Assembly: GCA_040954595.2 (NCBI GenBank)
Contig: CM082584.2
Location: forward strand, 8,943,146-9,007,145
DNA length: 64,000 nucleotides
Origin: Balanoglossus misakiensis
Taxonomy: Eukaryota > Animalia > Hemichordata
Direction: 5' to 3'
This document shows, in pieces, positions 1-14,100 of the stretch; the first letter of the stretch is position 1; each line of letters opens with the position of its first letter. The notes beneath the pieces are model-generated. The model saw only the letters and a list, made by a program, of their open reading frames with translations. It made no database searches and was not told the DNA's origin. The position numbers and the translations under genes are program-made.

Positions 1-2006
1 ACATCTTGTGTGATCCCCTTGCTGAGTGTACCTGATTATTTTCAGCAGAACTAAGCTTTGTCAGGGCCAATAAGGGCAATGACATGCTTTTCATACATTC
101 TTGTCTTTCTACAGCGGTTGAAATGTTAGGAAACTTGCGTAGAGGCAAACCATTGCAGATGTAAAACTCACCTGATATTTGTCTTACCTTGTTTGTATAG
201 TTTTTTCCACTCAGGTACTTTTTATAACAGTCATAAAATCCATTACCAATGATGCTAATAAGATTGGGCTTGACATTTTAGTTTCACTCTCGTTTAGGAT
301 AGTATGGGGGTTGTTATACCACCCACTGTCATCTTCTGATGTAACATTGATGTATTTGACATTTTGTGTTGTGACAGTTAGTAGGGAGGGTATGATTTCT
401 AAAGTGGTTTGGTTGAGACCGTAGTCGAGAATTTAGACGTCATATCTGGGCTCTTGCTCTGGAAGCTCAGTAGCATGAGAACCCAACATAACGTCTTGAT
501 TCTAAATGAGACAACAGGAAATTGAGATGATAATTCAACCAGTTCTTGAATTCAGAAATTCACCAACCATTCTGTGATTTGTACTGGTTATTTGTTAGCA
601 ATCTCATTTTTGCACTCGTGAAAGTGAACTTCATCTAAAGACCAAGTTCTCAGAGAATAGTTTAACCTTTAGATAATTGCATGACTTGCAATTGACCATT
701 TATCAGTATGGCCACATGCATTGGTGGTTGTTTTAGCAGCTGTTATAGTGGACGTCTATTATCATCAGGTTTCTGGAAGATGCCGTTGGGTTAATTTCCC
801 CATGCATACCTGCGAAACTGTAAATTGTATCAGAGATGACATTTGTACATGGTACTATATATAGCAAGTAGGTTCATTTGATTTATAAACTATCTTGGCA
901 GGTGTCTGCCGTTCGGCAAAACCTCCCATCGCTTCAATCTAGAGAGGTCGCAGAAGGCAATACATATTTAATGATGCATTCTACACTGTACACCTGATGA
1001 CAAGAATGATAACGATGCCTCTGAAGTTGCAACACTTGTGGCGGCACAGAAGGATACCTGGCTGCTGCCCCCCCCCCCCCCCTGGTGATCATCAGTGACT
1101 ACTCCGTTAAAAATATCCAATGCAATATTCAATGCATGTATACGGTTACAACAGACATAACATCCAAGCAACTTAATAAAATTAATCTGAAAGTTTCTGT
1201 GGTGTGTGCAGAAATCATAATGAAGGAGCACTCTTTCATGCAGAGAAGCTCAGTATCTCCAGGCTGGTGTCGGGTTTGCTCATAGTTGCATGGGTTAGCC
1301 ATTTAGTAGTGTACATCATAGGTATGTGCATATCAGATTGCTTGTCTGAGCACAAAGACATGTTTTTAGACAAGTTAATGGCCGATTACAGGTTGTGTGC
1401 GATTTGCTGTGCTAGTTAACGTACCTGACAATATGACAATCACTTGATGTACAGATGGTTTTGATGAAGAAAATGTGCCTCCTCGTCAGTCATTACTTGT
1501 CAGTGTTCTCTGCTCTGATTCGGTTAGATATTTTTAGGTACTGCGTTGTAAGACTGTTGAGATTTGGAGACATCTTTCTGGTTTTCCAAGTCTGTTTTCA
1601 GTCAGAGAAAACAGGACGGGCTTCCATTTCACTCTGTTGGCTTTTGTTCTCTTTTTACCAGTATTAGCGACAACTGATAAGTTTGTAAGTGGTTTGCACA
1701 TGTCTGAATACAGGTTATCTTTCAATTTGACAAACAGTCAGAGATGTGTTCGGGTCAATTCTTTTACTGCCATGTGTACTGTTATGTGCGTACGGAGACG
1801 ATGTCAGTATTGATTCCTGGCCGTGGAGCCACAATGCAAAGCAAAGGAATAGCTTTGACTACATATAGTCTTTACCAAGCACTGAGCATTCCCCACAAAG
1901 CTGTAGTGACAGGTCGGCCGAGGTGTAAAGAGATACAAGGCTGTCAGTTAGTTGGTTGGTTGCAAATATAATTACTAAACAAATTTTATCCTTTTGCTTT
2001 TTTCAG

Positions 2007-2116
2007 GCATCATTTTTTCACCGTGCTTGATTTCATCCAACCCGTCTGAATGTTGAAGCGGCCATCTTAGTATCAGCCGAATATCGCACGGTCTGTATTG
2101 GCTCGTCAATACAAGC
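2007..2116 (+). other. POMGNT1: 5'UTR part of the POMGNT1 start-codon exon; the sequence upstream is probably a 5'UTR intron
   Basis: Strong pyrimidine tract and acceptor (cttttgcttttttcag|) ending at 2006. Confidence 0.6.
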
Positions 2117-5100
2117 ATGGATGACTGGCATCCCAATCCAAAGGCACAGCCCTTTATACCGCGAAGGAATTACACCTCCATCCACGTGCCGGGAGCCATG
2201 CACAGATCCTCCAAACGAAGATTATTTTCCAAAATTTTACAGGTAGGAAGCGAGAATTTTTTGTGGGGAAAATGTTGGAGTTGCTGCTGCACTTCTTATA
2301 CTGCTGAAATGCCACCTCTCTACATTATATTGGAGTTGTTCGAGGTTCAGGTGGTGAATGTTTAAAACAGGATTAGAATTTAGCAATTCTCTTCAACAGC
2401 GTCGTATACACGCACAATTTATTTGCCCGATTAAAAAATGAATGACAGCCCTTCACGATGGAAATATGAATTTTGACAAACCGAATTTACGCATGCGGAG
2501 AGAACAGCAATTGCATTTAGATCGCATGTTAGAGATACCAGTGTCACAAGTTGAGAAAATGCCCACTCAGTGCCCGTCCCCTGATAAGGAATTTTAAACC
2601 AATTACTGCTTTTGTGGAGAGGTTACGTTGGATTCTTGGCATTCTGATTCAGCAAATCACGGCTTGTATTTTAGCGACGCTAGGTAATCCTGCACATTGC
2701 GGTGAACCACAGAATGCAGGTTTTTTCTCTCTCTCAGAAGTTGAGAATCACAGCAAGATGAATGGCTTAATCACCAGTGTGACTTTATCAACATCTCACG
2801 TACAGCATGGGATTACATTCAGTGTCTCTCTGATGATCTGTTTCATTAAAAAGGGATTAGAAACAGCAATCGTGATTCTGCATGTTCCTGCTTACTATTT
2901 CTCCTTACAGCGCACCACTTTGAACTGTAGTTCCAACCAAAATTTCAAAATGTATTAGAAAACAAACTTTCCCATCAAAATTGGCCCTAATGCGCGCATT
3001 TTGCATTGGAACTGTAGGTAATATGCCATAAAATGTGATTTTATTGCACGAAACATTAAAACGACATCAATCAGGCATAGAATAATGACATTTTAAAACA
3101 TGTTTGAAAAACATTACAGCATTTCTTTTGCAATATTTCATCTGGGTTGTAAATCGTGTTCGCAAGTAACGAGAGAACATTCTTTGCGCCCTAACGTACC
3201 TTTGAGGTCTTCTGAAACGAATGTTTGCCATGTGTCTGTGAAATCTCCAGACACAAGCCCTGTGGTGAAAATCCATTGATTACATAAAGTCTAGTAAAAT
3301 GAGCTCTCTGCTCAGGGGACAATAGAAAATAACAGTGATTTGATCTCAAACAGGTGAAGGAGAGGGTATAGGTGATTAAGACATGTTGCGGTCGAAGGTC
3401 ACTGACCTCAAGTGACCTTGGTAACTGCACTGTTGTTATCACATGAACAGATTCCGGTGTGGTGGATGTATTATGTCTCCCATTGGGAAACAAAAATTAT
3501 GGTTTATAGGAATCAGGTTGTTTTTGGAGAGTTGGTCAGATTACATGATGCCCCATGCTGGGGCTGTTATAATTAAGTCTCAGATGAGGGGTGATATACT
3601 CTGTATTGTATAAACGAAAAAGCACGTTTCCATGGCTGAAACATTGCAAACCATGTTTCATTAATAACATTGTGTGTATGACAAGTTAAATGCCTCGCTG
3701 TAAGAGAACGTGTTTTGGGTGATGTTTGCATGCCTCTTGATGAAAATTGGGAGAAAAAGATACGTACTTCATTTATACTCCATGTGTGGTCAGCTCTACC
3801 TCTTCAGGCTGAAGTGGTCAAGGTGATTGATGCGTACATGTAGGACTGGGTGTTTGTCCAGAGTGTGATGCTAACCCACTTAAAATTCTGTAATTTCATA
3901 AACACCCAAAGCAATTAGATTTCTTCTGATGGATTGACTGGCAAAACAGAAATAGCATAAGGACTTTGTTTTGATGTAAGACATTCTTAATGCCTTACAT
4001 CAGATGATTAATATTGCTGTCACTTCCGAGATCAGTTCAGTCTCGGAACTCCTATTAGCAGCTGATCAAAGATTTTACAAGAAAGCCACATCTGTCTTCA
4101 CCGGTGGCTGACAGATTTCTGTAATAAAACATCAGGTAATAACCCCAGGAAATGTCAGTAAAATTATATTTTATTATCACAGCTTTATTACCGGTTTTAA
4201 TTATATAATTCATTTTACAACCAGCTGCAGGTTAGAATGTGCTTGTATACAGTAATATGGAAATTTAGTCGTACATGTGGAAAATTCTGACTTACATATG
4301 TCAAATTGCGGGACGAAAGACAGACACTGAACTATACATAGGAATTTTCAAATCAGAATCAACACCTCTTGCCACAGAAAAATCCAAATATATCTCATCT
4401 CTGATATTCTCACGAGAAACCATGTCCAGAAACACAAATATTATTTTGATTGGCCAGAAGGATATGTCACAGACAGGTAGTTTTATGTTGACTGTTGCAG
4501 ACAGATTGATGTCCGACGATCGCATCGCCAGCCATCATCATGTCCCTGCCTCGTAATTCTTGTTATTGTCAACATTGGAATTGTCGAAATCACAATGAAT
4601 ACTGTCGCTCAATCAACCAGGATAGCATCTAGTGAAATTTGGGAAGGAAACGCAGTCATAGTCTGTTAGGATGTCATTTTCTCAGATGACATTTTCATAT
4701 TTAACGTCAAATGCCAATGTTTGATGTGTTTGGAACCCCCGCGTACAGTCAAAATGGTCTGGTTGCCTTTTAATTTCAAACCAGATTCGACTGTTGCCAA
4801 CCCCTATGGATATAAATATCATCTAAATTTTTGTGAGAATGACCCACTTGGGGAATTGCAGACACATAAATCCAGTTTCAAGAGAAGAATTTGATATTTA
4901 TATTGGATTATATGAGTGGTTGAAAAGACATGGATTATATGTAGGGGCTGTGATTTTTCTTAGATAAGCTATTTCACCATTTTCAAACAATCTCTGATAT
5001 TTTGACTTCCCTGTGGAGTCAAATTATGCAATTTGTATCTGTCATGTTATAAGTGGCACAGTTGCAGTCCTCTTGTGGTCGTTTGATATTAGATAAATTT

Positions 5101-8100
5101 GATGGAAAAAAACCTGTACCCAGAATTATGTGATCCTGGTGATACTAAAGCAAGGCTTTGTGATTAAGGTGAGAGGTCAGAGTTGAAAGGTTACTATAAG
5201 ATCATGCCAACATTCATCAAATGCATTTTAAGTGACAGTGCCTTCAGATAAAACGAGGTCGATAAGCCTTTTCTACTATCAAGTATGATTGAGTCAAAAG
5301 GTTCCCATTTTCTCCTGTGACGTATTACAACATTGTATAAAGACCTTTTAGTTGAATGTGTATGTTCACAGTCCACAGATGTTGCAAAACAAGTTAATAG
5401 TGTTGTTTATGGCAACAATATCTTGTTTTATATGAAAAGATATGTATTTGCTATTTTTCCATATTAGACAGTAGGCAGGGTCCAATAATTCAGTTTCATT
5501 CACTGAACGTAGAAAGTGTTATCATTATTCAAATTAATGTTATCATTAGCGATATGAAAAATCTGATATCAAAAATCAATCGGCTCGGTAATATGCAAAT
5601 ATCACACTGTCTATAGAAATAGGATAACAAAAAAATGATATAGATTGATGCCCTCAGGGGAGACTACAATACCATATCATGCCAGTGGCATTCCATCACT
5701 CCATATATCCATTCAAAAGGTAGATAAGATTTCAGATTTGTGTTGATAGCTTGTCGGCAAACCGTCTGCTATCGGCACTGATGGAACAGAAGCTTTTTCT
5801 TGTTTCGGTCTTAATCTGATGCTGAAAATTCATGGACAAACATAATTCTGACAAAAAATTGATGCAGTTAGGTGCAACTTTCCTTTTTTTACACCAAAGA
5901 GGAAAAAGTGAGAGCTTTTCTCATCAATCAGTATTTGTCGGTTGGCAACATAATGCTCTCGGGGAAAGATTAATTTCTGTTGCCATGGAAATGAATACCA
6001 GCATTAAATTTTGATATGACGAACTTATGAATTTGGTCGGAAATGTGCTGAATACCGTCCGTGAAATGAATTCTGGTGACAGCAAATGATGAATGAGCAA
6101 GGAGAAGAAGTTCGTCTGGTGATAGATGTATGAGTTATTTTAACCCTTTCACCACCATGGTTTGGTCCAAAACCCCATGCTTTCTATGTAGCGCTTGGAT
6201 CTCTATACGTTGAAATAGGGATGAAAGATTTAATGATGAGATCCAGTTCCATCTATTCTTTCACCACATTTTGGTGGTAGTTACATGAACTGTGAAATCT
6301 GAACTGTTGTAGCGATCGACTTATTGATTGATTTTAGTAGCAATCTCGTTTTGTTGGACTCTTCAATCTTCTGATCTGGAGGATGACGTAATTCTGTTTG
6401 ACGTTCAATTCAGCAGAAGTAAATAATGGTTTCCTGATCATTCAATTTACTGCTTGCTGTGTTCAATATGCAGTTCAAAGGTCATCAAGTCATCATGTAT
6501 GCGAATACAGCACCTGTGTGGTATTTAAGTGTGTTACATCTGACGGCGTCGAATTCTGTTCAAATTACCACAAGTTACCCACGACAACAGCGCAATCAGT
6601 CCACACATTAGATTTGATGAAGAATCTATCAGAATATTCAGGGCAGGCAAATTGACAATTGAGTAATATTGATTTTCAGTGTCTGGGTCCATGTGCTGTA
6701 AAATAAATACAAATTGCCGTTCAGATAGCCAAGTTATATTTCAAAACTGTGAGAGTTATCTTGCAGACTCACTGTTCATCGTACTGGCAGACAATGTTAT
6801 TTTTGTTTCTTAGCTCAGAGCTACAGAGTGAAAGAATCCATTGACAGTTATTGGATGATGTCAATATTTGATGATGCTATTATTGCCACAACAATAGTTG
6901 AAATATCTTAATTAAAAATGCCTCCATTAGGAAAGTGTCAGTTTATTCAATAAAGGAATTTTTCAATATTAAACTACAGCTATAGCCTATAGCTAATTAT
7001 GGCAGGTAAGGAACTGAATTATTATGTTATGAACTAATTTTATTGATGTTTTTAACTGTCATAGCCGTAAAAAAATAATAAGACCATTAATTTGTTAAAT
7101 AGCTTTTTCTGTGATCGATGTTAATTGTGAAGTTGCTATACATGTATGTATATCAAATTTCAAGATGTCTTCCTTCAAGTGAAAACTTTCAGGAAACTTA
7201 TATTTTTCAGCAATGAAGTTTTGAGTGATCAAGTGTGTATGACACTGAAGTTCTTGGTGATTTCTTTGACTGTTTTTCACGACTTCAAGGCTTGCTGAAT
7301 GTTAGTACAAGTTCCGACAGGGCTGTGGTTCATAAAACTCTTCTGGGTAAATTTTCCCCGGCTGTGGCCAGCACTCTGGAGACTTCCAGGTCAAATCGCA
7401 GACATAACATAAACAGTGTACAGTTGCACCACCTGACCTTTAACTGTTCCCAAGTGAATATGCCGTGGAATTCGAAGTGCATTGATCTCGTTTTTTAAAG
7501 ATCATTATAGTTGGCTGGAGACAACTGGAACTGCTTGACTGGACTTCCCCTCGCTGCAGGGCAGTCAAAGCTTAGCTGCAGTAATGTACACATGTAGTCA
7601 CTGGAGCGTGGATGTGAGGTGTTCTGAGTTCATTCATTCACAATACGTTGTTGTATTTTCTCTGACAGTCTGTCTGGTTAGCCACTGACACAGTACTTGC
7701 CCCTGGTAAACTTTCTGACCCACTAGATGTTGACAAAGTCAGAATGAACATATGGTCTACAAGCACATGGGTCTGATAATTATTTACAAGTTCTGAGAGA
7801 GACACACATAGGCATAGGCAAATTGTAAGATTTGGTCATAGCATATTCACATCCAAATCAAGACAAAATGAAAATCCCAGCTCTGTACTCTGCTGATGTG
7901 AAGAACCCTTCTGGCATAAAGCTAGCACTTCACATGTGATTTCCACTCTGAAATGAATGTGACCTTGGTTCAGACTTAGTGTTTTGACCAGGTAGATCTC
8001 GATGTAATTGGAATTCTGATTGCAGTTCCTAAATAGCCTGCATGATGGGTAATCTCTGAAGTTCGTGATGTCCCTGAGATGAATATAGGTCAATTGCCAT

Positions 8101-11100
8101 CTTTATCCTCAAACAATATCAGATTATTTTTTAAATGTTATTTGGACATGGAATCATTCCTACCATAAAGCAACTGTTTGGGGAAAATGATAACAACACT
8201 GAGATTTAAAAGTCAAACCACCTTAAGATCTTACTGCTTTGTGCTATCTACTTTCACATGTAAGATAAAGAGCTTACCTTAAAACGCTTATCGAAAATTC
8301 ATGAAGGCATTTCATGTATTATTTTGTCTCAAAGTTCTGGCAATTTCTGGCTGTCGTACTATTAAATCATTGATTGTCACACTCTTAGAATTTTATTATT
8401 AGACATGACATAACTCAGAGAATATGTAGAATATACAATGTATATCTTATAACAAAGTCACCAATCAGGTTGTGGTCTACCTGGTTGATTCAATTCCATA
8501 ACCACACCACTGAGTAATCGCCTTTATTAAGTGTTAGTTTTTCTGACACTTTGGGCGCCTCAATTAGCTGATCATGTCAGTTTGACATGAGCAGATATGA
8601 GAGATCCCTAGGCTTCTGGTGGCCGAGTTGGTCTCCGCGTTGTTATCTAGCTCTCTCGAAAAACGATGGCGGAATGATAGCGGGTAAAGTGCTTCACACA
8701 CACTCTGGTAATTAAGTAGCTGATCGATAGCGAGCCAGATCGGTGTCGTGAATACTGATGTTTTTTGACTGTATATTTCTATTTCTACTTATTTGGGGGC
8801 AGAAACGTGTGAAGCGTGAAAGAATCATTTGTGAAGCAGATGTGAACCGCACGTACACTCATCACCAGTACTAGTGAAAGTAATTTGTATGTAGATAATT
8901 TGTGATTTACAATTTGACAATCTGGAATGAGAATTAATATGTTTGCTTGAGATTTTGTGTTCACGTTCATCGAGAGTTGGTCAGGTGCACCAGGTATGCA
9001 GGATTCCAAACAGTTTCAGATCTGTCGCCAAACACTGGGCCTCAACGATATTAACGGATATTAACATTTCCTGTTTCGCAAACGACTTTTCCTTTGCATT
9101 CCTCAACGCGAATAATCATACCAATTTTACACCTCACTACAGACCAAAAAATGACCGGAGATTGAATTTCAAGACTGTGTGATTGTCTCTGCTAATTCTC
9201 TCTCTTGATTCAATCACTGTGTTGACTTCACAGCCGACTTTATCTAATCAGATCAGCAGTTATTAAAGCTAAAACACCAACTCTTGTGTTCGGTCTCCCT
9301 TTCAAAAGCGAATGATTCTATTTTAAAATCAAATTACAATGTAGTGGACTCCTTGCGTGTGATTTCGCTGTGTTCAGTCGGCATTCATGTAAAGAGAAAT
9401 TTACTTTGCTAGTAACATGCCCCAAGCAAAAGCCGGAACTTATTCATATCAAATGAAATGCATATTTTTGATTATTGAATATCACTTTCCAGCTTTTTAT
9501 AATGGATAGGTGGCAGATACTTCAAGACAGCAGAGGCAGTATAATAATTGCTTGCCACTGTGGCCATTTGTATCGCTCTCCAGTCTGAACCAAGCTCTGA
9601 AAGGCAGCCATGAAACGGCCAATAATATATTGACTTGCGAACGTTTATAAACCACTGAAAGAAACCGCAACTGGAAATTCTCATCCCAGCAGTAAGAACA
9701 CGACAGAAAGCCTAGGTAGATGCAATAAAAGTAAGCCTAGGAATCTTTATAGATCGCTGCTCCCTCTCTGTGTAGAGCTGTTAGGAGAATAAAGAATGAG
9801 ATTGTGAGAATCTTACAAGAAGAGAAACATATGGTAGCTCTTGAGACCATGGATAGGTCTACTTGATCTAATGGTAATGTGGTGTTCAGTCGAAAAAGTT
9901 TGTACTTTAATTTGAGTATGTGAAACTTGTTAGCCCCTAATACTATACCAGTTTTGCAGTACAATGTTTAAGACATTTCTACATGTATAAAGTAGCATTT
10001 AAACATCATGGTTTTCATACTTGCAAAGGAAATGCATAGTTTTAAAAGTTTATTCATCGCCTTGTCTTGTCATGTCTTGAATATGCATCATGACTTGGAA
10101 GGACTGGGAGGCCAACTCACCTCCTTCGTCAGGAATTGGTTTCTCAAGTTTGAAAGGAGTGGGCTGAGAACTTGTCAAGTTCTATTTTGTGGAAAGAAAC
10201 CCATTAGCATTGTACAATACTCAGACGAGGTCCTGACATCGCAGCCTTGTAGGCAAAATCTGGTATGCGTCGGTGTGCAATTTTAGGGTGTCCATCTGTC
10301 AGCTCTTATGACAAATTCATGAAACTTTCTTTCATGAGTAACACCGGGTCGCACTGTAATTCTGTGTAATATGCATCTGATTAAGAGTATAGGCACATCA
10401 CTTTGTAAAATGTTGCGATTGCAATCAAATTGTCTCACCTTATCCCCCTTCCATTAAAATCTACAAATACGTGTAAGATTGAAATTAGCCACACTGAAAA
10501 ATAAAAATTGAATTCCAATTCAATACATTGAGTGACTGGTGCAAATTTTGTCATTCAGGTGTGTTTTCATGGTCTGTCTAATTTGACTCATCATAATGAA
10601 TACCTGGGTGATTGAAATCGATCAAAATGGATGACATGAAAGAGGGGCTAAGTGGGCGATGACCTGTGGGTGCCCCTTGCCTTTATTCCGGTGGACGGTG
10701 GAATCTTTAAACATTCCCTTGTGAGTTACAGCCACTAATGAGACTCCGTGGCCGTCGTTCTGCGCAAGCAAAGCTCTGCAAGACCCATTCACGCAGTTTT
10801 CCGTCGAGTGCTGTGTGACCAAATCGAACACAAGGCTGCGTCTCTCTTCTGCAATTCTCAGCATTCGCGGGTCTCGTCAAGTGAGGATTTATCTGGCTTT
10901 GGGGATGATTGGCCATTTAACTTGATGTTTTTGAACTTTTCCTTTTACTCCCTGACTACTTACGCAGCTGGATTTTTAATTCATCAATGTCATTGGCAAG
11001 ATTGTGTGGCAACTTGACGTGAACGTTTTAGTTCAGGGGGGGTATTCGCAAGTTGAGTGATGTGGACAGGGTTGCACCATCTGTTAACGGTTGCACTTCA

Positions 11101-14100
11101 GAGTAACGTAAATGGCCGCGAGTACACTTACTATAGACATTTAATCAGTAGGCCTATACCAATTGCCATTTGTTTTTATCAGAAAATATAGATCTGCCAA
11201 TGCACACAACTGTAGAAGAGACCTGGAGAGGTGACTGTTAATGTAAAGCGTCAATTGTTGGCTTGCAGTGTTCTCTCTTGATGACCTGTCTCTCATCACA
11301 ACAGTTTTCTGAGACGCAAAGATGCAACATCACTCTCACTTGGAAATATGGTTAGATGGAAGTCAACAATGAAAGAAAATCCACAGAGACTATGATCCTG
11401 TCATATACATATTTTGATGCTAAACACTCCCGCATCAAGATTTCTGTGGTTTGAGGCATCTTGATCTCGAATGCATCATAAGGAAAGCCCCTCTAGATCC
11501 CTACTCAGTTTTAAAGCCAAGATAATCACTTCTAGACTAGATCTACTGCACAGCGATGAAGCCAGCCCGCCAGCAATCATAAAAGCCTTGTCCGCCAGTT
11601 TGCAGGTTCATTATTTTGCCATCAAGATAAAAACACGAGGTCAAAGTTCACCGACTAGAGCTCTCTGTCTCCGTCCTTCTCCCTGCCTTACAATGAATCT
11701 ATTAACTGACTGATGAGTTCCATAACGGCAATGTCTACTGGTTGATTACCCGGGTACATTCAGTCGTTAGTTCTGGAATTTCGTACATTCAAAAGTCGGA
11801 TTTCGGCCATAACTCACTTTGCATATGAAACACACTTTACCAATTGACCTAAATTTTTTAGCTCATCTGAAATTCGGCTTATCATTCTGTATAAGCAGAA
11901 CTTTTCAATACTGTTCGTTGACCATAGAAAGCTGCTATGATAATTTGACAATTTAACAATCTGGTTCAGAGAAAAATGTTTGAAACATTTACACAACAGC
12001 AAACTGAATTGAATTGCATGACAAGGCAGTGGAGACTTGAGAATCATTTGATTTGCAATCGTTTGCCATTTGACAAGAAAAGAAGTTGTGTTTAGGGGGA
12101 GTTCATGGCAATGCATAGTACATTTGCCATTAGAGAGTTACTTGATGGCAGGGAATACAAATGTGTACGTCTGAGGAATGGCGACGTGAAGGAAATTTAT
12201 TCTGTAGCCGACGGAGTTGGATGGTGATTTGTGGTGTTGACAAGGGGAGCACTTACTCCCTGACTGTGTGAGGTGACTTTCCCTGGATTTGAGAAGTGGT
12301 GCACTGCTTTGACGTCAACTCTGGCAGTCTGTTTGTTTGTGGAATGTTTCCCCTTGGGAGGCTGTGACTTGGAAAGGGAAAGTGGCGTCTTGTTGGATTA
12401 TAACCCTCTCACTGCTGTGGAATGGTCTAATTCCATTCTATAACATAGTCAGTTCTAGATGGTATCAGCAATCAGCATAATCAATCAACGCTTTAAGTAT
12501 TTTCATTTAAACAATTTAGCATTATACTAATGGACACAAGTAAATTGTTTGTGTATGGTTGCCAGTAAGGCATGTCACGGGTTATCAGTGAAAGATCCTT
12601 TGCCCCAAGGGATAAAAATGGTTCAACTGTACATTTTACAGTTAGATGGGTTTTTTTGAGAGAAATTCACCTTAATGATTGGGATGGATGTTTCCAATAG
12701 CTGCCAATTAAGGAACTGTAAATGGGTTTTACTAAACTGAAAATGTTGCCCCCCCCCCCCTCAAAGTACAAAAATTTGAACTATGGCTGACAGCTAGTGT
12801 ACAGGTGTAGTTCCAAAGCTCCTGGGAATATACAGAAGATTAAGCAACACGACTAACAGACATCACTGTGAACTAATTCACCTGGTTATATTGACATGTA
12901 CATGTTTCTGACATTAGCAGGTATAACTCTGATGCCTCCTTGGACTTCCAATTATACAACTGATTACATGTATGTGCTAAGCTTTAGCCGTGGTCATCCA
13001 TCCATGAGTAGCCGTGGTAACACGGCTAACTATCAGGTTTATTGATTTCAAGGTATTTGTGTTGGGCATATACTCCCAAGTATTAGAATTACTGAACTAT
13101 TTCAGTGTGGTGTCCATAGGAAGTATCTCTATTTTATCAAACCAGATACAAATCAATCCAAATTTTACTCTTCACAAAAAATACAAGACACACTCAGTTT
13201 GTATGCCAGCATGGCTGTCTGGCAGACATGTTTCAGTATCTGTTTACATAAAAGTTTAATCAAGCGGAAGAGATTGGTTGCGCAGAATTTTATTCCCCCG
13301 AGAGAGCTTAGTTGAGATATGAAAAAAGAACATCAAACGGTTCATGCAGCATATGATTGAAATGACCCGGCACTCTTTCGAGACACATTTTAATACTAGG
13401 CAGATTACACGGCTGACCTTTCTTGGATAATTTCTTGAAATGTTCCTGTATCGATATCTATTCCATTTTGCCTTTAAAGTTTGGTACATACTGTATGTAC
13501 TGTTTGCTTCAATTCTATATAAATGAAACACTGACACACTATGGTACATACAGTAGACATTGTATTTCATCCAAACCATCAAACTTGTTCCGTGTTTCAT
13601 TTTTTGAAACATTTGCATACATACGCCATTTTCAATTTTACTTGGAATGCGTCAGGTGGCATATAAAAACATCAGGGTAAGCTTTTCAAGAAATGTACCG
13701 AAAAAATTGAAAAAAATAATTCAAAGTTCAAGTACGTGTGTTAATTGAGATGTTGCAAACACTGCACTGAAATCATAAATTTTGATCCATTTGTCGTATT
13801 CTTGTTTACTTTGCCAAATCCCCTGAAGTCCATTCACTGGCAATAAAACAATATGCAGTGTTTATTGACCATCTACAACTTTCAAAGGGCTGTAAATTCA
13901 GTACTTTTACTGCCAGTTTCAAAGAATTTAGAGGTTTCACTTGGATAATTAATGGGAAGCTATAATTATTGGACAGAGGATGTTGGCAGTGGGATCATAC
14001 ATTTTACTACTCCGTCATAAAAGCAAATATTGCCTGTGTTTATCTAATTCCTCCACATACAAGTCTGGTTCTCTTGTGCCATTAATTGTTAATTGCCATA

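Noticed and set aside
7235-11017. Possible nested LURAP1-like gene in the large POMGNT1 intron
   Set aside because: In the parts I translated, only a short LKNEINALR fragment bounded by stops resembled it; no spliceable model.
13258-13760. Segment that looks like a decayed DNA-transposon fragment
   Set aside because: No terminal repeats, target-site duplication or second copy could be shown in the window.
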